Below, piece by piece: positions 11,526 to 22,984 of a stretch of 64,000 nt of DNA. The stretch's first letter is position 1; each line of letters starts with the position of its first letter. The position numbers and the translations under genes are program-made. Origin of the DNA: Epiperipatus broadwayi (lineage: Eukaryota > Animalia > Onychophora); assembly GCA_028023455.1 (NCBI GenBank), contig JAQFVV010000011.1, positions 5,208,001 through 5,272,000 of the forward strand, given 5' to 3'. The notes below the pieces were generated by a model. The model saw only the letters and a list, made by a program, of their open reading frames with translations. It was not told the DNA's origin and did not search any database.

Positions 11526-12226
11526 AAGCCAATAAACATCACATGATCACCATTTTTTATGCTTGTTATTAATTGTTATTAAAACAGTCAAAACTCTCTA
11601 TATGTATTGCCACTCAATGCAAGCCAGAGTAATCAATGGATGCCAGAAGGCTTGTGCATAAAATCCCCATCTAGTACCTACTCATCCAATATCCCCAGAA
11701 GCCTTCTGGCAATCCATTGATTACTCTGGCTTGCTCTGAGTGGCAATACATATAGAGAGTTTTGCCTGTTTTAATAACAGTTAAGAGCAAGCATAAAAAT
11801 GTTGATCAAGTGATGTTTATTGACTTAAAACCAATTCTGCTAATAGTATAGTGGTGGCTATGGTTATTAAAAAACCAAAGACACCAAAATGTATAGGTAC
11901 TAAACTGAGCTCAGACTTATATGACTATATAAGCTGATGAGCTTGAATTGAAAATATTACAGTGTTTTCAATTTAAGTTTCATAGTTTTTGTAGTTAAAT
12001 AGAGATAAAAGGTGGTTGCTAGAGGGTTGCATTAGATCCTAAGAGCTAGGTGCAGTGCTCTCAGATCCAAGGTTCCTCACTGACAAAGGCCCCAAGCCAG
12101 AAACTAGTCTCGGGATATTGGATGAGTAGGCACTAGATGGGAATTTTATGCACAAGCCTTCTGGCATCCATTGATTACTCTGGCTTACACTTAGTGGCAA
12201 TAAGTATAGAGAGTTTTGCCTGTTTT
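11526..12226. mobile_element. Hammerhead-bearing repeat insertion: inverted partial arm plus >1 tandem monomer
   Basis: Minus arm 11526-11699 and plus arm 11700-12226. The block GCCTTCTGGC...GAGAGTTTTGCC recurs at 11701 and 12156 (monomer ~455). 12-bp TSD AATATTCTTCTT at 11514-11525 and 12227-12238. HHR 12065-12123 with mutated core CTGACAA. Confidence 0.9.
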
Positions 12227-12411
12227 AATATTCTTCTTCAAAAATCCAACAAAAAATTATACATTGTATTATTTATAAAGTATTACTTAATTTTAAATTC
12301 TATATAAATTCAGTCCCATTAAATTTACCTATCTATCTATATAATATAATATACTTCAGTATACATATTATTGTTTAATTATTACATTAAAATATGCATA
12401 TATGATACATT

Positions 12412-12490
12412 GCAGATCTGTGAGCCCCAGAATTGATCCTGGAACCTCCTGATCCAAGTCAGACACTCTAACAGCTGCACCAAACTGCAC
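12412..12490 (-). mobile_element. tRNA-derived SINE fragment
   Basis: Minus strand TGGTGCAGCTGTTAGAGTG...CAGGATCAATTCTGG has A/B-box-like motifs. Related copies at ~13215-13330, ~25593-25680 and ~27790-27915. Confidence 0.6.
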
Positions 12491-12530
12491 AGGACCACAT
12501 AGATATGAAAATATAACATATTTATATGAA

Positions 12531-12719
12531 CATCACATGATCACTATCTCATACTAGCACAATAATTGTTATAAACAATTCAAAATACAGCAAAACTCTC
12601 CATATAGTAGTGCCATCTTGTGCTAACAAGAGCAATCAAGCCTTCTGGCATCCATTGATTGCTCTTGTTAGCACAAGATGGCACTACTATATGGAGAGTT
12701 TTGCTGTATTTTGAATTGA
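12531..12719. mobile_element. Short head-to-head insertion of the hammerhead repeat family (ribozyme segment absent)
   Basis: Perfect 64-bp arms 12576-12639 and 12655-12718 with a 15-nt spacer. 13-bp TSD ATATTTATATGAA at 12518-12530 and 12720-12732. Confidence 0.9.
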
Positions 12720-15700
12720 ATATTTATATGAAGTATGAAATTAAGTATAATATAATTTTTTTGTTTAGATCTTTGAGGAAAATTATTGAACAATCTAAAC
12801 TTAAAATTAATAAATATTGTAAAAAATAAATGTAGAAGTTGATTTATTCAATGTTGAATAATTCTATATTAATACTAAGTTAGAATATTATTTAAATAAA
12901 TATATATTATTTAATTTTTGAAAGAAAAAAATAGATATCTAGTAAAAAAACTAAAAAGTCTTTTTAACTTTATACTTGTTTTACCATTATATATATATTA
13001 TCATACTATTTATCCATACATAATTTATTCTATTACATGAATTTTTCTAATGAAGTTTCACATTATTACTTTAATTCTGATAATTCTTCTTTTTTTACCA
13101 TAACCAATACTTCTGACCATTGTAATTAGCTTCCTGTTAATTTTTAACTGTCTCCAATCACTAATAAAAATATTAAGTAACTTCTTTGTAAACTACTGAT
13201 AATGCATAAATAAATGAATGACTTTATTACTCAGGAGTTCATAAGAAGGTTGAACACCAAAAGTGACAAGTGAATATGATCTGTGGAACTTAAGCTTTAG
13301 ATCCTGCCATCCTACCACTGCACCAAAATCATGAAATGCACAAATAACTGTAAATAATTGTAAACCTCTTTAGTTGTAAATCTACCTAACCCTTTCTCTA
13401 AGTGGCAATCTGGATCTTCTTTATATGAGTCAGTTAATTGCATGGTAATTATAAAGCCAATTAATACAATCAAATTAATTTCAGAAATGAGATAATAAAA
13501 GTCAACAATAAGCCCAGTTTCTTTTGAAGTATGATAGTGAAGGCAGAATCACATTAAAAACAAATTCAGATTAATATAGGATCTTAAATCCCTAACCAAT
13601 ATTAGATAGTTATCCATTTGCTGAACAACATCGGATTATTATTTAACTGCATTAGTTTTCTGAAAGAATGATCCCGAATCTGTTTGTGACTTGAAAAAAA
13701 TTCTAAAGATTTCCCAGTATGAAATTATGAGCATGGTAGGAAAACACATTGATTATTATATCATAAGATTCTTTTCTTCAGAAATGAATCAAAAGAAAAA
13801 TATTTATAGCGAGCAAGATTCAATCAAAAGATCAGCATGAAAAAACATATCACAAATATGAAACATTTTATTGATTACACATATTTAACAGGTGCATATA
13901 TCAAATTACATATATATTCCTTATACTATCATATTTCTCTTTTGATCAGTGCTATAATGTGTACTTGCCATTTATGATGAAATATAAATATCAAAGAATT
14001 AATAGATTTAATATTATACACATGATCAATTTGTAAACAGACAAACACTAAATCAAACTGGTTGCTAATTGAATCCTATAAGAAGTCTCATTTTGATATA
14101 TTTGTTCAGATGTTTTAAGTCATTAACTCATCTCGTAAATAAGAATTTCTCCTGAAACACATGTAAAATGAGAGACATTGCTCAAGCAAATTTTATACTG
14201 AGTAATAATTTTCTTGCAAGCTTGAAAAGTCCTTTAATAACCTGAAAGATATTATTGTTCACAAATATTTATCAGATACATTTATCAATTAGTATATACA
14301 TATATATATTTCTTTTGGTGTCATATTTCTGCTATATTGGATGTTATAATTTTAATATTATCTCCATCGGTAGAATTGGCATATTAAAAAAATAGTGATT
14401 TAAATACCTTATATGTTGTAATGGTATTACACCCACTAAGAAATGTTATGACCACCTTACTATATTAGGGAAATAGTTTTTTGCTCAATGAATGATCAAC
14501 AGGTAACCATGTACAAAATGGAGGCTTATAATCTAAAATTTAAACTATTTGATCTAGCCTAGATAATGATCAGATTGAAACTCACATAAAGCATTAGTTT
14601 CAAGGCAAGTCTCACTTGTATTTGCTGATCATCATCCACTTCATGTATATGTTATTATCCTAATTAGTATATATTTAAACTAGCACTATTGAGCAGTTAA
14701 GATATAAGATATTGTAGCACTTGAATATATATCAAGCACTTGTCTGTCAAATGATATGAGAAATTATGCTTTTAATAATGTACAATTTTCTGGTAGATTA
14801 GATCTTATTTTATACACTATAATGTGTTAGTTAATTAAACTATTAAAAGAAAAATATTCCATTCAGGTAAGAATTCAGATATTTCAAGAACATAGTTATA
14901 TTTGCTGATTAACTGACTTAATAATTTATTATAATTCAAATTGCCAGTGGAATCAGTTTTTTGTTTATTTAAGAGGGTGCCAGGATCTATAGACCCACTG
15001 ACTCTTATCATATCATATTACGTAGTAGATTCACGCAATATATAACTAAAAATAATTATTACTTTTTCTGGGCTTTAATTATTAAACAAGTATATTGGCA
15101 TGGTAATTTATACATTTCTCAAGCAATTATTTAAGAGTAAATCTAATAAACTAACATTAAGAATGTATAATAAAAGGTTTATTTTAATAGTAAAAGTTTT
15201 AATAAGACATTTTAAATATTCAAACGATTATTTATAAAAATGGAAAGAACACACACATATATAATCAAATAACAATATTAATCAATTAATTCAAACAGTT
15301 CACTTTGAAGAATAAAATAGCAAATGTCTCTCCTTTTTTCTTTTATCAGAAGTTTATTATTTAAGTTGCTAGCAAAATGAGTTATGATACCGGTTTAAGT
15401 TCCTAGAGTTTATGTAGATTATTGATTATTGTACTAAACATGGTCCTTGTACAAAGGGCTCTGCAAGAATTAATTTTGAATTCATTCTGGTAACATTTTC
15501 ACATTTCTGGTCCATTCTAAGGCAAGGCTAGACTTGAAGGTCTTGATGACTTTTGCAAGAGGTGTCAGCGAATGCTCTGGTTTCTATTCATACATGATAA
15601 CTGGATTCAGCATAATAGTTCTGAATGGGTGCATTTTATTATGGCTTTGGAAAAACGCAACTGTAATTAGCCCTTTTTGTCCTTTTGCTCTATGCAATGC

Positions 15701-17899
15701 ACAAGAAATGGCCAGAAAAACAAAAAAAAGATCATTCTCTAAAGTTGTCTGCTTCTTTTATACCTATGACCAGTTTGAAATCTCCATGCACATTCTCATC
15801 TTTTGTTTTTTTACAAATTGATAATCTTCTACATTCCTTTTTGTTTTTGAGCTACAAAGTTCTTTTTTTACAAATTCCTTCAGAGATATCTTTAATTATT
15901 GTTATAAGAACATTATTTTGATTTTAATCACTTTCTTTGGTTTATCTGGACTCTCAAACTGTATGTATTTTTATTCTTTCCAATTTTAACTTTACTTTAA
16001 AATAGATAATATCAAACATAAAGAACTTTCATTGTAAGTATCTAAAAAAATAATTCATACTAACTAAAAACAGAAAACTAAATTGTATCTATTGAGCAAT
16101 TTTTTAAAATTTTACTTCTTCTAAACTTTTAAATATTATCAATGCCAACACACTTGTGCCATATAAATATACAATAATAACCATTGATTTATTTACAACA
16201 AAAAACAAATTTAATAATTGAATTTCTCAAGTCTCTCTTATATTTACAAATGTACATAATAAAATAAATAAGAAAAAAAAAATTTAGAATGAGCCTGAGA
16301 AATCAATCAAGTTTATAATAGTTAAACTCATTTATTTAAAATCTTTATTTTTCCCTCCGATTTGACAGACCCAACAATTCCAAGGTTAATAATGATAATT
16401 AACAAATTTTATAAGATTTAAAATGAATGTTTTTTACCATTCTTTTCATAATCTTACAATAAAAAAATATCAACCTATTAAATTTGACTTGAGAAGAAAA
16501 TGAGTCTCTTGCAAACCTAAATTACTTTTGACAATTGTAAGCAAAGTTGAAGCCAAGGTATTTTAACTTCCTGATCAAACTCAATCGCAATGCACTTCCC
16601 ACAAGTCACTTTCTGGTGATGCACAGAGGATTTTCCTGGTTAGATCCCATCTGCTCACTGGGCCATAGGGAGAATGACATGATGCTTCATATCTTCAACC
16701 AATACAATAAACTTGGTTTATGAATTTTACAGAAGGAAACAGCCAATTATCAACACACTCATAGAAGGCATTGCCTCTGGGGAATTTGAGGTCATAAGGA
16801 GTGCCACATTCATTACATATTGTCTGTGGCTGGTTAGGTGTGTCCTACTCTTTGAACCCACAGTGATTGATCCAAGACTAATTTTTACGCAGATGTTAAA
16901 GGCCATCAGACAGAGAGATATAAAGATAGCTCCTCATATTGCAGCAAAGTGCACATGGGATCTAATAAACATTGAAGCTACAACATACCATTAATTAGAC
17001 TATTCTCCTTTTATTTCACATACTTATGTAATCAATATTAGAATTTGCTTTTGACCGAGTCTTTGGACTCATAGCTTGTATACAAAGGTTAATAAACATT
17101 TTGATTAAAAAAAAGTCATACAAAACAACATTATCAAATGTTTGTTTGTTGAATTCAACATGTATGCAAATAATCCTTTTTCTTCAGCATTTGAGGTTTC
17201 CAGTCATGGCTTCATGTATAAATGGTACAAACTAGACAATTCTTTTGATAACAGTAAATTTCTTTTAGTAATGCTTAATAATATAGAAAACCAGAAAAAT
17301 GCTTAATATGTTTGCATGATTTCTCTTCTTTCGTACATTCATCTTGCAATCCATAAATTATTTTTTCTTTCATTTCTTTTATTTTTTAATAGATATTATA
17401 TTTTGTTACATTGACAGTAAACAAGTCAGACAATGGTTGGGTAACTAGGTATTTATTTTATAAATATTCATGCATTACACTGCATCACAAAGGCTATATT
17501 CAGAAAGATGAGGCAAATACCCAAGTGGATCTCTATTCAGTTATGGTAAATAAATATAAATGCAATTGATTAACAGTCATCTTCATAGCTGCTAATTGGT
17601 GAGCCATCTTTATAAAAATAGAAAAAAAGCCTGTTGTCCGTGGATTAATTTGCCTTCCCTTCATATTTTTTTAATTAACGTTTAATACTGCCAAAAATAA
17701 TTTTATTTTCAAATCATATTTTAAAAGAAAACAATAAATTTTTCATTTCATGCAATTTTATTTATTTATTATCCTATTATGGTTTTGTTTTTAGTTTTAA
17801 ATATTAAAACTAGCTAAGCTTAGTTTTACCTTTATTTGAGTATATTCATTGGGTTGTATATGTAATTCACGACTGTGCAGTTAAAAGGCACATGATCCA

Positions 17900-19450
17900 T
17901 TGCTCAAACATTCATTCTCAAAATCAAATTGGTCACCATTAAAACATATCAATAAAAATGTCTATCATTTATGTTTGGATGTTCAGGTATGCCAAGTCTC
18001 TAGATTACCAGAAAAACATATCTAGTGGGAAAAATTATTCTGGAAGACATTTTTATTGAATAATAGTTAAGATTCGTCACAAGCCTAAAGGAATATTCCA
18101 CAGATATGAAAAATAATTAGTTATAAATAACATATATGTCATTTTATTGCATACATATCTCTTATAATATTACATTTCTATTCTATTGGATGTTATAATA
18201 TGAATAATAATTACTTCCATCTATTATGAAATTTGAATATTGAAGACTGAATGGCTTAAATACCTTATAGATATAATACCTTTTGTTGAAATGTTCAATC
18301 GTCAAAATCAAAGTGATTGTAATTAAAACATAAATAAATAAAAAAATCTTTTTTGGGTGAATATTCAATTGTTCCAAACCTCTAGATCACCTAATAAATG
18401 AATGTTTTCCCTGAAATACATGTAAATATGAAAAAATGATCTGGGAGATTTTACACAGTGATTGTTCAAGATATTTTTTACAAGTTTAAAGAAATGCATC
18501 TGAAAAATATTTATCAAGTACATGACAAATTATTTTTTATTTTGTCACATTTTTCTTTCATTGAACATTATGATGTAAATATTTCCTATCTCCATTTACA
18601 ATGACATATGAATATTAACTAATTAATGGGTTAAATTCATTATATTTATACAATCAAATATTAAATCAAATTGGTTAATAATTAAGACATATAAATAGAA
18701 TTGTTTATCATTGCTGTATATATGTTCAGATGTTTCAAGTCTTTAGAACACCAGATGACTGAAAAATCCTCATGAAACACACCTATAGTGAGAAAGAGGA
18801 TCAGGAGAAATTTTTACTAAGCAGTAGTAAAATTTGTTATAAATATAAAGAAGTGTTTTGCAAATCATGCATATGCCAATTTATTACATAATATATAGTG
18901 CCACATTACTGTTTCAGTGAGTGTTATCATGTGAACATTAATTACCCCCATCTATTATAAAATATGAATGTTAAAGAATTAATGGCTTAAATATCATACA
19001 TTTGACTGCTAAAATATTAAACTTCCAAAATCAAATTGATAGCAATTAAAACATATACATAGAAAAATCTGACTACCATTTCTGTGTGTATGTTCAGGTA
19101 TGCAAATTTCTAGCTCACCTGATGAAAGAAAGTGATTGTGAAAAATATGTATAGTATGAAAGATGGTCTGGGCGATTTTATACTGAGCCATAGTTCAAAA
19201 TTTGTTTCAAGCTTGAAGGAATGAGTTGCAAATCTGTACATGTATATATATAATTTTTTTAAAATTATAATAATAATATAAATAAATAACAATTATATAT
19301 AATTTATACAGAAATACTTTTGATTTCTTAGGTCATAATCATTATCAAATGAATTTTTGCTGATGTGAAAAACATATCTTATTATTTTTCCGAGATCTAT
19401 ATATTTCAGTATTAGCAGATTGTTTAATTATTGTAACATTTTAAAATTAA
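17900..19450 (+). repeat. Ancient diverged tandem array of four ~370-bp monomers (a further copy at ~14050-14400)
   Basis: Anchor (G/A)TTCA(G/A)...TCTAG(A/C)TCAC at 17981, 18363, 18724 and 19092 (spacings 382, 361, 368). Shared downstream blocks such as TTTTATACTGAG and CAAGCTTGAA. Confidence 0.65.
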
Positions 19451-20600
19451 TCTATAAGAATTACCTCTTTGACTTTTCTCTTTCTATGGAATTTTTCTTC
19501 ATATAATATTCATGTCTGATCTAAATTGAAGTTTTCATGGTCAAAAAAAGCTGTAGCAGAGTTAGTTTGATTATTTTTATATGATTACACACCTGGTGTC
19601 TATCTAAGCTGTTTTCTAAAAAATATATATTGATTCATCTACATATGATTTTTGTATCAACTTATAATTTAATAAATAATATTTCTTTTTCGTTTTTTAT
19701 GTATAGCATTTTTGGGATTATTAATTTATTTGCATTTCAAGAAATGTAAAATAAAATATTATATATATCATCAAAGATTTTTTAATAAATTTAAATTGCA
19801 TATTATTTAAAAATAGCATCGATATCCATTTTTATTTTTCTTAATTTGGCTGATGCTATAAGATTATTAAATTTATTTTAATGTGTGTAGAATTTATGTT
19901 CTATCATATATTACATTGACATGTTCTCAAGAAAACAGTTCAACAGTTTGTATTTTGTCACTTGAAATTTTAACTACAAAGATTTTCACTATATGTAGAA
20001 AAGATTTAAAACCAGTCATTTTATTGTTTTAGTTGTATTCATATATTGAATTATTTCCATAATCTAATATAAGTATTGAATATCTTTAAAAAAATTTAAC
20101 TTGATTTAAATATTCCAAATATATTCAACTGTTAGTAATAGCACGCAGGTTAGTATATACACAGTGTTTCGAGAAGTATTATTCTCCCCTCTTCTTCAAG
20201 TGTTGCTGGCCTGACCAGTGACAATAACTAACATGGGAATCGAACCTTGACCCTTAGATTCTTGAATATTGAATTTTAAGATAACACTTTAACCAACTGA
20301 GCTATACTGCCAAAGGCAGGATGCTTGACATTTCTAAATAATATTCAATTTAAATTTATTTTTTAAGAAATTCAATGATATACGCTAATGGTAGGCAAAT
20401 GAGGCTCTGAGAGTTAAGTGCGGCTCCCGTTGAAATCCGATTTTACTTTCATTATTTCAAATTTTTTATTTAATTGCACATTTTTATTATTTATTTTATT
20501 ACAAATTACATTATATATGTATGTATGTACTATTTTCAAATATATTGACAAACTGTGCGTTAATGACATTGTCCGAATCTTATAAAAATTACTACATGCG

Positions 20601-20700
20601 TGTCAAGCATTGGTGATCGAGAGGTCAGCAACAGCCGCTTTACAAGCAGTTTTCCCGGGTTAGCAGGTTCGCTTCCGGCTGATGCTATGACACATGAGAC
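20601..20700 (+). mobile_element. ~100-bp tRNA-like mini-SINE
   Basis: GCATTGGTGATCGAGAGG...GGTTCGCTTCC...GCTATGACAC. Perfect 17-bp TSD AAAAATTACTACATGCG at 20584-20600 and 20701-20717. Homologous to 57651-57760. Confidence 0.8.
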
Positions 20701-22686
20701 AAAAATTACTACATGCGCTTATGGAGTGATCACGTGTACATTTATGATTTGTGCAATTTTGTGGTTGTATATTTCTGTGATAGTTTTCCTATCAGATAAA
20801 GGTTCTATTTCATATTATTTCAAAAAAATTGGTAAGTAGGCTATTTTATTAAGCAATTTAAACTTGTTTCAATCAATCGAGTGGATTTCTGGGTTCAAAT
20901 CCCCTCTAATTGAATCCTTTAAAACAAAAATTAACATTTAAATATTCTAATTTTAATTCATAATTTATTTGTGTATTTTTGAATTACAGACTTTGGAAAT
21001 AAATTTAATTAAATTTTTTGTTAACATGACACCAGAAAATATCAAACAACGAAAATACCCCCCCCCCCCCGAAAAGAAGTTTTCAGAAAAAATAGGTAGA
21101 AAAATTTGCTTTTATTGCCAATAATGGAAAGCCATTGTGTCTTATTTATAAAGTTATACTTGCAAACTACAAAGTAAGCAATTTACATCCACATTACAAA
21201 GTAAGTCATCCCCAAATTTTCAATTCAATATCCACACAATTCAAAATTGCAAACAGAGAAATTTAAGTCATTGCAATCAGGTCTTCATAAGCAGCAAAGA
21301 CATTTGACTTCTTTCAGTTGTGAAGATGCCAGCTTGGAATATTCCTCATGCTAAATGTCCATATGAAGGAGAATTTATTAAAAGAAACTTGAAAGAAGTA
21401 ATTAAAGTTTTGGATCCAGATAATACAAAACTGCATAAATTGATCCCTCAAGTTCCTAGGTCATGCTGTACAACTGAGCATTTTTGTATTAGTGAAATAA
21501 GTAAAAATGTTAAAAATAGTTTGATGTGTGATTTGAAAAAATGTATAGCATTCAGTTTAAGTCTTGAAGATGAGTCTACAGATATTCAGGATGTCACACA
21601 ATTGGCGATTTCAAGCATCTTCAGACATAAATGTAAAGGAAGAAATGTTAGACCTGCTAGCTCTTACCAAAACAATTCATAGTATCAATGTTAAAAATGT
21701 GCTTAATAAGGTAATGAACAGGTTTGAATTGTCATTAAATATTTATGTGTTGTTACTGATGGAGTCCGTGCAATGATAGGGAAAAACCTAGGTCTTATTG
21801 GTCTTTTAAACAATGATCCTAAAATTCCATATTTTGCATCTCTTCACTGCATAATTTACCATGAACATCTGATAGTGAAGTATTCAAAATATAAAAATGT
21901 GTGGAAGATTGTTTTGCAGATTGTGAATCCAATTAGAACAAATACCAAAACACACTATCAATTTAATAACTTTTTTTTAGAAGAGTTACATGACAAAACA
22001 GATGAATTGCCCAGTGATGTTTCCTTATGGTCTGTTATAATATGGCTGTCAACTTACAATGTTTTGAGCCATTTTGTGGAACTCCTTAATCCTATCATAA
22101 CATTTTTTAAAAGAAAATGGAAAAAATACCCATAATTAGAAAATGAAACTTGACTTTCTGATTCAATGTTCCTTACAGACATTATGGAGCATCTACAAAC
22201 ATTTAATTTTGCTTTACAAGGAAAGGGAAAAATGATTAGTGATTTGTCACCAATTGTATTTAGTTTTGAAGTTAAACTTCAGCTTTTCGTGTACGATTTT
22301 AAGTTCAGAATATTTAATCATTTCCCACAAATAAAAGCAAATATAATTAATATCAAAGAAGAAAAATAGACAAATATCAAGAAAAATTGGAAGATCTGGA
22401 TTTCAAATGTAGGAAAGAAATCTGCATTTGTTTATTGAAGATGGATTTTCAATTTTTGAAATAGTACTTGTTGAAAAAGCAGCTGGGAAAATTGGAATTA
22501 TTAGAGAAGAAAGAGGATCAGGCATTGTAAATGCATTATAAATCTAAACCACCATATCTTATGCTTGCTCATAACTGTTATTAAAACAGGCAAAACTCTC
22601 CATACAGCAGTGCCACTCAGTGTAAGCCAGAGTAATCAATGAATGCCATAAAGTTTGTGCATAAAATCCCTATCTAGTGCCTACTC

Positions 22687-22745
22687 ATCCAATATCCTCA
22701 GACTAGTTTCTGGCCTGTGGCCTTCACCAGTGAGGAGCCTTGGAT
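22687..22745 (-). ncRNA. Type I hammerhead ribozyme motif (core variant CUGGUGA)
   Basis: atccaa-ggct-cctca-CTGGTGA-aggcc-aca-ggcca-GAAAC-ta-GTC-tgagg-ata-ttggat. Stem I pairs fully (5 bp + internal loop + 6 bp) and stem III is the palindrome ACTAGT. Confidence 0.8.
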
Positions 22746-22925
22746 ACATGCTTATGTTTTGGTACTGAACTGAGTTCAGACCTATATGACTATATAAGCT
22801 AATGAGCTTAGATTGAAAATATTGTGTTTTCAATTTTAGTCTCACAGTTTTGTAGTTAAGTAGAGATAAAAGATGCCTGCTGGAGAGTTACATTAGATCT
22901 TAAGATCTAAGTGCAGTGCTCTCAG

Positions 22926-22984
22926 ATCCAAGGCTACTCACTGATGAAGACCTCAAGCCAGAAACTAGTCTGGAGATATTGGAT
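22926..22984 (+). ncRNA. Type I hammerhead ribozyme motif with intact core boxes
   Basis: CTGATGA 22941-22947, GAAAC 22961-22965, GTC 22968-22970. Outer stem atccaa/ttggat is intact; stems I and II carry mismatches. Confidence 0.8.

Noticed and set aside
15480-15930. GC-richer segment with two short ORFs
   Set aside because: No recognisable domain in any frame; probably an old transposon remnant.
16560-16994. ORF 16713-16994 and nearby RNase H-like or CxxC-like fragments
   Set aside because: Suggestive motifs fall on opposite strands and need frameshifts, so they cannot be assigned.
21058-21070. C13 homopolymer in the hAT 5' region
   Set aside because: Simple slippage expansion in a dead transposase; no further structure.
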